Positions 1 to 13,683 are shown, numbered from the stretch's first letter. The stretch is 64,000 nucleotides of DNA from Eledone cirrhosa (GCA_964016885.1 OZ024757.1:25916001-25980000), one strand, 5' to 3'. Made by a program: numbers and translations. Notes: generated from the sequence alone by a model not told the origin.

Positions 1-271
1 TCATCATCATTTATCCATTTTATATGTGTGTATGTATGTGTATATATATATCCCTTTCTGTATATTTCCATCTCTAGCTCTCTCTCTTTCATGGATCTAA
101 CACATTTACACACACACACGCAGGAATGTTACACAATGGTGCTGTTACAATAACACATGTTAACAACAACAACAACAACAGTACCACCGCCAAAACTATT
201 AATCTTATCACCACCACCAACAACAACAATAACACACAACTAAAATCAATACATTATCATAGACTTCAGAA

Positions 272-620
272 AAGTGGGACATGCTTTGTGTCAGTGAAAA
301 AGTGGGACATGCTCCATGTTGGGAGAAAATGGAACATTCTAAATCTTTGGTGGTGGTGGGGAAAATGGGACATGCTTAATGTTGGGAGAAAGTGGGACAT
401 TCTAAATCTTTGGTGGTGGTAGGGAAGATGGGACATGCTCCATGTTGGGAGAAAATGGAACATTCTAAATCTTTGGTGGTGGTGGGGAAAATACGATATG
501 CTTCATGTTGGGAGAAAGTGGGACATTCTAAATCTTTGGTGGTGGTGGTGGGGAAAATGGGACATGCTTCATGTTGGGAGAAAGTGGGACATTCTAAATC
601 GTTGGTGGTAGAGGGGGGAT
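272..620. repeat. Minisatellite, ~63-bp unit x~5, decaying downstream
   Basis: Unit gggacatgctccatgttgggagaaaatggaacattctaaatctttggtggtggtggggaaaat recurs at ~304, 367, 430 and onward. Confidence 0.9.
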
Positions 621-1227
621 GATATATTCTTCGTGTCAGGGGTGGGGTGGGGACAGACTGGGTGGTATGTGCTACATGTAGTATAGGGTATGCTACATGT
701 TGTGGTGGGTGGGACATGCTATATGTGTGGTAATGGGACATGTCACATCTTTAGGGAAAAGTGAGACATGCTACATGTTGAGAAAAGAGGGGTGTAGAGG
801 GGTGTACTAACTGTTTGGGAAAGTAGGGTGTGCTACATGTTAAAACTGGAATATGATGCATGTTATAACTGCAGCCAGCTTCATGTTAAAACTAGCATGT
901 GCTACATGTAGAAAACTTTTGTGCATGCTGCATACTGGAGCATGAAGATGCTGCATGTTGAAACTGCAGCCAGCTGCTTGTCTCAACATTCATGTGCTGC
1001 ATGAACATGTTACATGTTGAGAAGATAATTTTTTTTTATGAAATGGTTGACTACATACTAGACTGAGCAGGGCTAGACAAGAACATGTAGCGAGGCATGG
1101 GTGGTGTGGTGTCTGAAGGCCTCTACCATGGAGGTAACCTGTCTAGAGGGGCTGTAACTCCAAATATCAAAACTTTTAGATATAGGTATGTTGCTTTAGA
1201 CATTGGCTGGTAGACCATTGAAGATGC

Positions 1228-2309
1228 TCATCATCACCATCACCATCATTACCTTCATCATCCTCCATAGTTATCATTTCCATCATCACTATTACCAATG
1301 CCACTAAGCAACAACACCAACACCATCATCACCACAAATACCATCACCGCCACCACCACCATAACCACCACCATCACTGTCACTATCACCAACAACAACC
1401 ACACTGCCACCAGCATCACTACCATTTTGACCATCAGCAGCACCAACACCACCACCACCATCACCACCAACAACAACAACAACACCACCACCATCACTGC
1501 AACGACAAACACCACTAACAACAACAATACCACCACCATCACCATCGCTGCAACCACCACCAACACCATCACTGCCACCAACAACACCACCACCAACAGC
1601 ACCAAAACCATCACCACAACACCACCACCACCATCAACACCATCACCACCAACTCCACCACCAACACCACTACCACCACCAACACCACTACCACCAACAC
1701 CACCACCATCAACACCACCACCACCAACACCACCACCACCACCACAACACCACCACCACCACCACCACCACCACTACTACCACCACCTCCACTACTACCA
1801 CCACCACTACTACCACCACCATCAACACCACTAACACCAATACCACCACCATCAACACCACCACCACCAACACCACAACACCACCACCACCACCACCACC
1901 ACCACCACTACTACCACCACCACCACCATCACCGCCATCAACACCACTAACACCAATACCACCACCATCAACACCACCACCATCACTACCACCACCAGCA
2001 TCACCACCACCACCACCACCACCACCACCACCACCACCACCACCACTACCACCACCACCACCACTACCAACAACAACAACTGCAACAGTAAAACCTGTCC
2101 ACCTGTTTAAATATCGATGGTACAGCAGGTGGTTAGACAGTGCTCGGTGCATCTACTGTTGGTGCAGTTGCATTTCCAACTGTTAGCTGGCGTTGCACGC
2201 ATCGACCACCGTACAGCTGTGATGTCATCAACACCACCATCATGGTTAACATATCGGCACCATCATCATCATCAACCTCAATATCATCATCATCATCATC
2301 ATTATCACT

Positions 2310-2340
<31 letters not shown>

Positions 2341-2745
2341 CCATCAACCTCAATATCATCATTATGACTTACATCATCATCATCACCATCATCATCGTTA
2401 TCATCATCACTAATATCATCTCTATCATCATCACCATCCCCCACCACCACCATCTTCAGCATCATCATCACCATCCCCCACCACCACCACCACCATCATC
2501 TTCAGCATCATCATCACTATTATCACCACCACCACCAACACCACCACTACCACCACCACCACCACCATCAGTACCCCACCACCGCCAGTACCCCACCACC
2601 ATCAGTACCACCACCAGTACCACCACCACCACCACCAGTACCCCACCACCATCAGTACCGCCCCACCATCAGTACCACCACCAGTACCACCACCACCACC
2701 AGTACGCCCCCCCACCATCAGTACCACCACCCCCACTACAGTTAC
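1228..2745. repeat. (CAC/CAA/CAT)n low-complexity triplet tracts flanking a unique island at ~2080-2260
   Basis: Direct inspection; explains the poly-T/P/H/V ORFs. Confidence 0.9.
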
Positions 2746-2805
2746 CATCATAATTACAGTTCCCCTGATTGTGTGATACAGAACTCTCCTGTCTCACAGC
2801 CAACT

Positions 2806-2819
2806 GTTGCCATGGTGAC
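2806..2819. promoter_or_regulatory. RFX X-box-like motif GTTGCCATGGTGAC
   Basis: Close match to the RFX palindrome GTTGCCATGGYAAC, in a unique island between microsatellites. Confidence 0.4.
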
Positions 2820-2859
2820 TATACACAGATGTTATTGGAGCATGTGTCACTGGAGTGTG

Positions 2860-3158
2860 ACATGCATACACACACATGCACACACACACACACACACATG
2901 CATACATACACATGCATACACACTTGTATACACACACATGCATACACACACATGCATACACACACATGCATACACACACATGCATACACACACATGCATA
3001 CACACACATGTATACACACACATGCATACACACACATGCATACACACACTTGTATACACACACATGTATACACACACGTGTATACACACATGTATACACA
3101 CATGTTTACACACACATGTATACACACGTGTATACACACACATGTATACACACATATG

Positions 3159-3189
<31 letters not shown>

Positions 3190-3195
3190 ACTCAC
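2860..3195. repeat. (CA)n / catgcatacacaca compound microsatellite
   Basis: Direct inspection. Confidence 0.9.
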
Positions 3196-3325
3196 GTAGA
3201 GACATTAGTCAACCCCTAGCCTCAAAGTCCACCCCATGGTATTGAACTCAGCATCTCCTGATTGTAAAAGAAACTTCTTTACCACTCAGTTATGCCTGGA
3301 TCCAGTGGTATGGAGCAATAATGGT

Positions 3326-3365
<40 letters not shown>

Positions 3366-3375
<10 letters not shown>

Positions 3376-3705
3376 TAAAATTGAAGACTAAAATCCAAAG
3401 AGGGCTCGATAAGGATAAACGTCTCTATGAACCACCTAATAGAATATCAGTCTACGACTTCATTTATACCATAAACGTGGTTTTGTCTTTGCGTGTAATT
3501 GTTCTCACTGCTCCAAATAATGACGTATTATCTTCGTTTTTTTTCCGTTCTTTGCCAGGGAACGTTTCCACGAACCAAAGTATCGTCTTCCTGTTTTCCT
3601 TCGATTGCAACGTTTTTCGAATATTTACTTCTGCATTCACAGATTGATTTTTTTTTAGTTTCAGAAGATCCCATTAAGGGTGAAAGCAGCGATTCTTTGC
3701 TTAAA
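3366..3705 (+). mobile_element. Short element embedded in (TA)n, Penelope-like candidate with degenerate hammerhead core
   Basis: Flanked by (TA)n; end sequence gtaataataataaa..gaagactaaaatccaaagagggctcgat recurs at ~24228 and ~30312; cagaaga-t-ccc-attaa-ggg-t-gaaa at 3662-3685. Confidence 0.5.
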
Positions 3706-3854
3706 AAAAAATATATATATATACCACACTATATATACATACCACACTATATATACATACATACCACACTATTTATACATACATACCACTATATATATAT
3801 ATATATATACCACACTATATATACATACATACCACACTATTTATACATACATAC

Positions 3855-3891
<37 letters not shown>

Positions 3892-4010
3892 ACACTATAT
3901 ATACATACATACCACACTATAGTGGACGTAAAATGATGATAATGATGATGATATATATAGTGTGGTATGTATATATAGTTTGTATGTAAAAAAAATGTAT
4001 ATATAGTGGC

Positions 4011-4046
<36 letters not shown>

Positions 4047-4822
4047 ATATATATAGTGTGTGTAGTATATATAGTGGTATGTATGTATATATAGTGTGGT
4101 ATGTATATATAGTGGCATATATATATATATATAGTAGTATGTATGTATATATAGTGTGGTATGTGTATATAGTGGTATATATATATATATACCACTATAT
4201 ATATATATATAGTGTGGTATGTCTGTGTGTATGTCTAAGTCTATCTAGAACAATAAGTACAGTGTGTGTGTGTGTGTGTATCAGTGTTATGTAATGTGGT
4301 AATGTGAAGTATTGCAACTGTAAATAATGTGTAACATGGAACAATGAGGCTTAGTGTGTGTATGTTAGTGGTCTCTGAGAGCTCTGTATGTGTGTGTGTG
4401 TGTTAGTGGTCTCTGAGAGGTCTGTATGTGTGTGTGTGTGTGTATTGATGAGTGTATGTATGTGTGTGTGTGGGTATTGATCAGTGTATGTATGTGTGTG
4501 TATGTTAGTGGTCTCTGAGGGGAGGGAGAGATGTGTAGATATGGGGCAAGCCCATTAGTGCAGCCAGCACCAAACAGGAAAAGAACATCAACTACTACAA
4601 CAACAACAACAACAACAACAACAACTACTACTACTATTACTACAACTACTACTACTACTAATAATAATAAAACAACTGCAATAAGAAAAACAGTAACAAC
4701 AACTGCAACATAAAACCACAACTGCTACAACAACAACAATAACTACTACTACAACTGCTACCACAAAAACAACTGCAACAACAACGTCTGTAAATATATA
4801 TGGACTCAATAAGATATAGTTT

Positions 4823-5900
4823 TCAAGTCGTTAGTAGGTGAGGTAGGGAACAATACACAAGTCGTTAGCTGAGGTAGTAGACAATACTCAAGTCGTTAGC
4901 TGAGGTAGGAGACAATACTCAAGTCGTTAGCTAAGGTAGTAGATAATACTCAAGTCGTTAGCTAAGGTAGTAGATAATACTCAAGTCGTTAGCTGAGGTA
5001 GGAGACAATACTCAAGTCGTTAGCTAAGGTAGTAGATAATACTCAAGTCGTTAGCTGAGGTAGTAGATAATACTCAAGTCGTTAGCTGAGGTAGTAGATA
5101 ATACTCAAGTCGTTAGTAGGTGAGGTAGGGAACAATACACAAGTCGTTAGCTGAGGTAGGAGACAATACTCAAGTCGTTAGCTAAGGTAGTAGATAATAC
5201 TCAAGTCGTTAGCTGAGGTAGTAGACAATACTCAAGTCGTTAGTAGGTGAGTTAGTAGACAATACACAAGTCGTTAGGAGGTGAGGTAGGAGACAATACT
5301 CAAGTCGTTAGCTGAGGTAGTAGATAATACTCAAATCGTTAGGAGGCTAGATAGTAGATAATACTCAAGTCGTTAGTAGGTGAGTTAGGAGACAATACAC
5401 AAGTCGTTAGGAGGTGAGGTATGAGACAATACACAAGTCGTTAGCTGAGGTAGTAGATAATACTCAAGTCGTTAGTAGGTGAGTTAGGAGACAATACACA
5501 AGTCGTTAGGAGGTGAGGTAGGAGACAATACACAAGTCGTTAGCTGAGGTAGGAGATAATAATCAAGTCATTAGGAGGTGAGATAGTAGATAATACTCAA
5601 GTCGTTAGTAGGTGAGTTAGGAGACAATACACAAGTCGTTAGGAGGTGAGGTAGGAGACAATAATCAAGTCATTAGTAGCTGAGGTAGATAATACTCAAG
5701 TCGTTAGTAGGTGAGGTAGTAGATAATACTCAAGTCGTTAGTAGGTGAGGTAGGAGACAATACTCAAGTCGTTAAGAGGTGAGGTAGGAGACAATACTCA
5801 AGTCATTAGTAGCTGAGGTAGGTGGCAATACACAAGTCATTAGTAGGTGAGGTAGCAGGTAATACTCAAGTCGTTAATAGGTAAGGTAGGAATCAATACT
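4823..5900. repeat. Minisatellite with interspersed 31- and 34-bp variants, ~33 copies
   Basis: caagtcgttagctgaggtagtagataatact and caagtcgttagtaggtgaggtaggagacaatact. Confidence 0.95.
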
Positions 5901-6093
5901 CATTAATCATTTGTCACTAATTAGTGTAATTGGCCGGAAAAAAACATTTACAGAGTGAATATCAGTAAATAATAATAATAATAATTATTATTATTATTAT
6001 CATTATTGATATGTGTGTATATATATATATATATATACATAATGTATATATGCACATGTATATATATGTATATAATTACAACAGTGACATATA

Positions 6094-6585
6094 TCATCAT
6101 CATCATCATCATCATCGTTTAACGTCCATCTTCCACGCTTGCATGGGTTTGGACGGGAGTTTCCCCACTTGAGGCAAGATTGGTTGTCTTGCTTGTATAG
6201 GACTGTCTGGCGGGTTTTCTACATCTGGATGCCCTTCCTAACACCAACCACGTTTACAGTGTGGACTGGGAGGTTTTTACCGTGTTACCTACGCGGCCAC
6301 ATTACAGCGTGGACTGTGTGTTTTTTTGTCGTGACACCTACAGGACCTCATTAGTTTGAACTGGATGTTGTGGTACCAACATAACTTTACATCGAAAGGG
6401 GTGGTGTGGGACGGGGGTGTATTTTGATTAAGAGGTGCCTACTGACTGTAGGTTTCGCTTTGTACTTAGGCAAGGCGGGTCTTCTGTATTACTGTGTAAC
6501 GCCAAAGATCTCGGTCCAGTGACATTGTCTTGGAGAGGTGTAAGTGTGTGAGGTCGGAATTTATCAAGTCGTCCCAGGTTTTTCT
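6094..6585 (-). mobile_element. 5'-truncated RTE-clade LINE (family B): ORF end, 3' UTR and (ATG)n tail
   Basis: Homologous to 17686-18297 and 25449-26400; tail ggacgttaaacgatgatg; TA-rich flanks. Confidence 0.85.
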
Positions 6586-6673
6586 CTCTATATATATATA
6601 TATCACGTGTGCATGTTTGTTTATATGAGAATTCTGTCATTATACATACATGCTCCAGTTCATATGGTAACTA

Positions 6674-6674
<1 letters not shown>

Positions 6675-6714
<40 letters not shown>

Positions 6715-6840
6715 GTGTGTGTGTGTTTATGTATATATTTAATATCAAATATATCATATATATATATATATATGTATATATATATCAAATATATATATAT
6801 ATGTATATATTTATCAAATATATATATGTATATATATATC

Positions 6841-6872
<32 letters not shown>

Positions 6873-6904
6873 CAAATATATATATATATGTATATATATA
6901 TCAA

Positions 6905-6936
<32 letters not shown>

Positions 6937-6995
6937 CAAATATATATATATGTATATATATATATGTATATATTTATCAAATATATATATATATT
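6675..6995. repeat. (TA)n compound microsatellite with periodic atcaaat
   Basis: Direct inspection. Confidence 0.9.
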
Positions 6996-7026
6996 TGATA
7001 CCCCTACATTGCCGCAACTCGGTACA

Positions 7027-7040
7027 GTTGCCATGGTAAC
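7027..7040. promoter_or_regulatory. RFX X-box GTTGCCATGGTAAC
   Basis: Consensus X-box inside the near-palindrome acagttgccatggtaactgt (7024-7043). Confidence 0.5.
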
Positions 7041-7462
7041 TGTCATGGGCCATGCAGACACAATTGATCCCTGGAAAGATATTGTATTCAACATAATTAT
7101 AGACTGGTTGGAGTCTGGAATCTGTGTGATGGTGGTGGTGATGGTGGTGGTGGTTGTGATGGTAGTGATGGTGGTGGTGGTGGTTGTGATGGTAGTGATG
7201 GTGGTGGTTGTGATGGTGGTGATGGTAGTGATGGTGATGGTGCTGGTGGTGGTAGTGATGGTGCTGGTGGTGGTGGTGGTGGTGGTGATGGTGATGGTGC
7301 TGGTGATGCTGATGGTGGTGATGGTGATAATTGTTGTGGTGATGTTATTTGTGACAATGGTTAAGATGGTGATGATGATAATTGTTATGATGGTGATGGT
7401 GGTAGTGGTGTTTAGGATTGTGATGATGATGGTGATGGTTATTATGATGGTTTTTATTTTCT

Positions 7463-7985
7463 GAGGTCAACTTTCTGCTTCATCCAACCAGGTTGAATAA
7501 AATTAGGTACCAGCTAAATACTGGAGTAGATATAATCGAGTTACGGCCCTTTACGTTCCGAGTTCAAATCCTGCCAAGGTTAGCTTTGACATTTCGTCCT
7601 TACGGGGTCGATAAAATAAAGTACCAGTAATGCACTGGGGTCGATTTAATCGACTTTTCCCTCTCCCAAAATGGTTGGCCTTGTGCCTATAGTAGAAATC
7701 ATTATTTTGTCAGTATCGGCAGAGCGTCGGACACCATGCTTCGTGGCATAGAGTTACGGCCCTTTACGTTCTGAGTTCAAATCTTGCCGAGGTTAGCTTT
7801 GCCTTTCATCCTTACGAAGTCAATAAAAATAAAATAAAGTACCAGTAATGCACTGGGGCGTCGATTTTATCTACTTTTTCCTTCCCCACAAATTGCTGGC
7901 CTTGTGCCTATAGGAGAAACCATTATTTTGGCAGAATCAGTAGAGCGTCAGTGACCTTGAGCCTATATCAGAAACAATTATTATT
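7463..7985 (+). mobile_element. Tandem cluster of tRNA-derived SINE family A (Meta-domain-like body)
   Basis: B-box gagttcaaatcc, body gcctttcatccttacggggtcgataaaataaagtaccag, tail gccttgtgcct..agtagaaa. Confidence 0.85.
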
Positions 7986-8207
7986 GTTACAGAATTGTGA
8001 CAAGAATTACAACAGAGACAACAATAACAACAACAACAGAAACTTCAAAGGAAATATTTTCCTACCAACATTTTTTTCACTGAAAAAAATTCTTGTATTT
8101 TTTTTTCGTATTCTATTTTTTTACCTCTTTTGTTTTTAATTATATAAAAAAGACAACAAAATTTACGTTTTTCTTTTACTTATATATAAATATATATATA
8201 TTTACTT

Positions 8208-8259
<52 letters not shown>

Positions 8260-8548
8260 TACTGTTGTTTCACACATTTTATCTTGTCACAGTCAACTTT
8301 ATTTTAAATTCTTCCTGGGGCAATAAAATAAGGTACCAGTTAAATATTGGGGCTGGTTTAATCAACACCCCTCCTTACCTAAATTGCTGGGGTTTTTCCT
8401 ATGTTAGAAACTTTTATTATTTTGTCTTCCCTTGGGATTGATCTTAATTCCTGGTTTAGTCAAGATAGCAGACCACATCCAGTGGTTTTAGGAGATCATG
8501 ATGTTGTTCCCTTCTTTCCAGTTTATATATCATTATATTGGCCTTAAG

Positions 8549-8850
8549 TGAGAGAAGCAAGAATGGCCCGACTGAATGGGCCTACTCTGAGTACGTATCT
8601 GTAAATTAAAGGTGGAAAACTGGGAGAGGGCACTTGCCTTGGTGGTCAGGGTCACTGTGGCCTTTTACTGGGCTTTCTCCACAAATGTCCCTCCGAAGTC
8701 TCCCCCTATTGGGGAATCTTTCATTGTTATTTTTTGTTACATCCTCTGTTTTTGTTCTTTACACGCAGAAATGCCCATTTGTACCGTCCTGTATTGTCCT
8801 GCACTGTCCTTAATGTCTACTTTATATAAACCCTTGTGGTTAATAAAGAA
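8549..8850 (+). mobile_element. 5'-truncated retroposed element (L1/Tx1-like 3' end) with 20-bp target-site duplication
   Basis: atcattatattggccttaag at 8529-8548 and 8851-8870; ends in aataaagaa; begins near a short ORF end (REARMARLNGPTLSTYL*). Confidence 0.6.
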
Positions 8851-9030
8851 ATCATTATATTGGCCTTAAGAAGGGCATCCAGCCGTAGAAAACCTGCGAG
8901 AAACACCCCTATATGAGCGAGACACGGTCACCTGACCCAACTTGCTTCTAAATGGGACAAATCTAACCCATGCTAGCATGGAATATGGACATTATTCGAT
9001 GATGATGATGATGATGATGAAATCATCATT

Positions 9031-9172
9031 CGGTGGGTTGGCAGAATCAGTCGAGCGTTGGACAACGTGCTTACGTCTCTTTACGGTCTGAGTTCAAATC
9101 CCACTAATGTCAACTTTGCCTTTCCTTCTTTCAAGGTTGATAAAAAAAAGTACCAGTCTACTACTGGGGTCA
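9031..9172 (+). mobile_element. SINE family A fragment
   Basis: A-box tggcagaatcag, B-box gagttcaaatcc, body motif. Confidence 0.75.
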
Positions 9173-9420
9173 ATTCTTCCTCTATATCTCTTTCTCATTT
9201 CCTCTCCTTCTCTGGAAGAAATCTGCTGTACTCAGCCCCCGAGAGGGTTGGGTTCCGCCAGGCTTTAAAAAAATATGCCCAAGAAATGCTGTACTTCACT
9301 ATGGCGCCCCTACAATTCCTTCAGGAGTTACAGGACCATACCTTACCATTGTTGTTAACCCTGTGATAGTTGAGTTGTAGTGGCACTCCGTTGGTTATAT
9401 ATACACACCATTTATATAAT

Positions 9421-9610
9421 TGTTTCTACTTTAGGCACAAGGCCAGCAATTACCCAGTGCATTACTGGTACTTTATTTTATCGACCCCGTAAGGATGAAA
9501 GGCAAAGTCAACCTCGGCGGGATTTGAACTCAGATCGTAAAGGGACGTAACTATGCTGGAAAGCATGGCGTCCAACCCTCTACCGATACTGCCAATCCAC
9601 CGCCTTTATT
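9421..9610 (-). mobile_element. Full SINE family A copy with 17-bp TSD
   Basis: cacaccatttatataat at 9404-9420 and 9611-9627 flanks the reverse-oriented SINE. Confidence 0.9.
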
Positions 9611-10214
9611 CACACCATTTATATAATGAAAACTATTGTGTACAGTGCTCAGGTGCATTACAACTCATCAAAGGTGCATGTATCGTACATAGAATAGTAC
9701 ACAACTATTCCTGTTGATACGATCAACAGAACAGCCTGCTCGTGAAATTAACATGCAAGTGGCTGAGCATTCCACAAACACACGTACCCGTAACGTTGTT
9801 CTCAGGGAGATTCAGCGTGACACAGAACTGTGACAGTAACACTACTTCATACATCACAAAGGCACTCATTTTGACAAAGTTAGAGTTGTTAGTGCATTGT
9901 ATATTTGTTCTGGATCTCTGCATTCTGAGTTCAAATCCCAGTAAGGTTGCCTTTCATTCTTTCAGGGCTAATAAAGAAACTATCAGCCCAGTTTTTGGTG
10001 CTGCCCTCCTTCCTTCCAGTTGTAACATCTTGGATGTTTCACTGGTTTATAGAAAGGAGGGTAGGGTTGAGAAGGTGTCTGTATGTTTACGTCTGTGCCT
10101 GCTCACGAATGCATGGGCACCCAAAACTCTCAGTGAAAGCATGATACTTACTACCAAGTCATACTCGATTGTGAGTAAAAAACGGCTGTAGTTTAGACAT
10201 GCATGACTGCCTGC

Positions 10215-10503
10215 GCTCCGTCAGTTACAAACAGCCTGCTCTTGACATTAACGATGCAAGTGGCTGAGCATTCTACAAACACACGTAGTTCTCAGGGAGA
10301 TTCAGCGTGACACAGAATGTGACAAGGCTGGCAATCTATTCACATTACAGGAAACTAATCATTTTTGCCAGCTGACTGCACTGGAGCAACGTGAAATAAA
10401 GTGTCTTGCTGAAGGACACAAAACACAGTCTGGTCCGAGAATCGAACTCACAACCTCATGACTGTAAGCCTGACACTCTAACCACTTAGCCATCCGCCTT
10501 CAC
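10215..10503 (-). mobile_element. tRNA-derived CORE-type SINE (related body fragment at ~9725-9835)
   Basis: Minus strand tggctaagtggttagagt..gagttcgattc head, then gtgtccttcagcaagacactttatttcac CORE-like domain. Confidence 0.8.
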
Positions 10504-10569
10504 ATACGCCACTACTAATACATAGAGTAGTTTATCTAGTTTATTAGGTTGTATAGTATAGTTCTAATA

Positions 10570-12335
10570 GTGTTGTTGTTATGGTGTTGTTGTGTTGTGG
10601 TGGTGGTGGTGGTGGTGTTGTTGTGGTGGTGGTGGTGTGCTGGTGGTGGTGGTGTTGTTGTTGTGTTGTGGTGGTGGTGCTGGTGGTGTTGTGTTGATGT
10701 GGTGTTGTGGTGGTGGTGGTGTTGTTTTGTTGATGTGGTGTTGTGTTGTGGTGGTGGTGGTGGTGGTGGTGGTGGTGGTGTGTTGTTGTGGTGGTGGTGG
10801 TGGTGTTGTGTTGATGTGGTGTTGTTGTGTTGTGGTGGTGGTGGTGGTGTTGTTGTGGTGGTGGTGGTGGTGCTGGTGGTGGTGGTGGTGGTGTTGTGTT
10901 GATGTGTTGTGGTGGTGGTGTTGTGTTGTTGTGGTGGTGCTGGTGGTGGTGGTGGTGGTGGTGTTGTGTTGTGTTGTGGTGGTGTTGTGCTGGTGGTGGT
11001 GGTGTTGTGTTGATGTGGTGTTGTTGTGTTGTGGTGGTGCTGGTGGTGTTGTTGTGTTGTGGTGTTGTTGTGTTGTGGTGGTGGTGGTGGTGTTGTTGTA
11101 TTGTTGTTGTTGTGGTGGTGGTGGTGTTGTGGTGTTGTTGTTGTGTTGTTGTTCCTACTTCACTTTACCTAGTCTCAATGAACATGTCACACATACACGT
11201 ACATACACACATATATACACACATATACCTACACACACATACATATGCTCACATACACACATACATACACACACGCACATACATATACACATGTACAAAC
11301 ACATATACATACACACACATATACACACACATGCATATGCTCACATACACACACACATACATACATACACACACATACACACACATATATACACATACAC
11401 ACACACATACACACACACATACATACACATACATATATACATACACATGTACACACACTCATATACATACACATACATACATGTACACACATTCACCCTC
11501 ACACCACACAAACCACATAACTACATGCTTGTGTCTATGTCATACATACATATATATATATATATAGTAATGATGACAGGAACAACAACAATGACAACAA
11601 CAGCGACAACAACAACAGCAACAGCAACAACAGCAACAGCAACGTTATTTCTCTGGATTGCTTCTCTTCTAAACCAGTTTTACAATGATAAACACATTCT
11701 TTCTCTCTCTCTCTCACTCACTCTCTCTCTCACTCACTCTCTCTCTCTCACTCACTCACTCACTCTCTCTCTCTCTCTCACTCACTCACTCACTCTCTCT
11801 CTCTCTCTCTCTCACTCTCTCACTCTATCTCTCCTCTCTCACTCTCACATTCTCACTCTCTCTCTATCTATCGCCCCCTTCCCCCCTCACACTCTCTCTC
11901 TCGTTCTCACTCTCTCTCTCCTCTCTCTCTCACTCTCGTTCTCACTCTCTCTCTCTCTCTCTCGTTCTCACCCCCCTCTCTCTAGCTCTCTTGTTCTGTC
12001 TCTCTCAAGGTTGATCTTGGTCAATAACAAGTCCTTTACTTATGCAAATATTGACTACTGCACTCTTGTGTGTGTATATATATATATGTATATGTGTGTG
12101 TGTATATATATGTATATGTGTGTGTGTGTGTTTGCGTGAGGTTGTCAATGTGTATACATGATTGATTGTATATGATTTTCTGTGTGGGGGTGTGTGTATG
12201 TATATGTCATTGTGAATGTGTGTATGAGTGTATAAAACACTGAGCTAGCTATATATATATATATGTATGTATATATATATATGTATATATATATATGTAT
12301 ATATATATATGTATATATATGTATATATATGTATG

Positions 12336-12388
<53 letters not shown>

Positions 12389-12623
12389 TTATATATATAT
12401 ATATATGTATGTATTTATATATATATATGTATGTATTTATATATATATATATATATACATGTATGTATTTATATATGTATATATATGTATGTATTTATAT
12501 ATGCATGTATGTATATATAATATATATATATATATTATATATACATATATATATATATTATATATACATATATATATATAATATATATATATATATATTA
12601 TATATACATATATATATATATAT

Positions 12624-12690
<67 letters not shown>
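10570..12690. repeat. Consecutive (GGT/TGT)n, (CA/CATA)n, (CT)n and (TA)n microsatellites
   Basis: Direct inspection; source of the spurious 515-aa ORF. Confidence 0.9.
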
Positions 12691-12693
<3 letters not shown>

Positions 12694-12904
12694 CAGTGTT
12701 TAATCAATTTGTCAAGGTAGCTGAGAATAAAGGCTAGAGTTTAGAGTCTTATATCCTGTTAGTAGTGCTCCATTGTGTATGTACCCACCCAAACACTTCA
12801 GGTCTGATTGCTTCCAGTCTCACCACCTCTAGCCTGGTCCCCACAAAAGATCTGTTTGATTGACACCTAACTACACTTAGCTACAGTAATTATTACAAAA
12901 TGTC

Positions 12905-13490
12905 TGTTGTGTTGACCAGTCTTTCCTAACCGAAGCCAGCTATGGTCAATAGTAGTCATTTCTACATAAGAAATAACTGATTGATTGACCTATTGACCAA
13001 AACCATCCTCCAAAGAACAGACCTAGCTACAACAGACCACAACCAGCTACGGTCACTACCGTTACTGAAAATATCTAATAAACTGACCAGTCCTTCTGAA
13101 CCACAACTAGCTATGGTCACTACAGGAAAATATCTGATGAACTGACTAGTCAATCCAAATCACAATTATTTACAATGACCACATATGAAACAATATGATA
13201 GATTAATTAAAACCATTCTCCTAGGAACAGACCACAACTAACTACGGTCACTGCATGAAAAGATCTGATGAACTGACCACTCCTTCCCAACTAGCTACAT
13301 TCACCACATGAAAAGATCTGGTGAACTGATCAGTCCTTTTCAATAATAACTCGTTACAGTGACCACATGAAACGATCTGGTGAATCAACCAGTCTTTTCC
13401 AACCACAACTAGTTACAATGACCATATGAAAAGATCTGGTGAACTGACCAGTCCTTCCAACCACAACTAGCTACATTGACCACATGATAT
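12905..13490. repeat. Degenerate minisatellite, ~55-bp unit
   Basis: Recurring gaactgaccagtccttccaaccacaactagctac..gaccacatgaaaagatctg. Confidence 0.75.
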
Positions 13491-13683
13491 GATAGATTAG
13501 TAGCTATAGTCATCACTAATATAAGATCCCAAGTATTGACCAAAACCACCCTTCTGCAAACTTTTACAATAATCTGTTCATTAATAAAAATACTATAAAC
13601 ATTTGAAATAATAAACGACATGAAACAGCATTAGCAAGACAATTTTAAAAGTACAAAACAGCACTATGATTGCATCACATTAA

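Noticed and set aside
4823-5900. CRISPR-like periodic array
   Set aside because: Units are contiguous with no unique spacers, there are no cas genes, and the context is eukaryotic. The same applies to 33288-34000 and 60230-60545.
10592-12139. 515-aa ORF
   Set aside because: Read-through of GGT, CA and CT microsatellites; several frames are open and there is no domain content.
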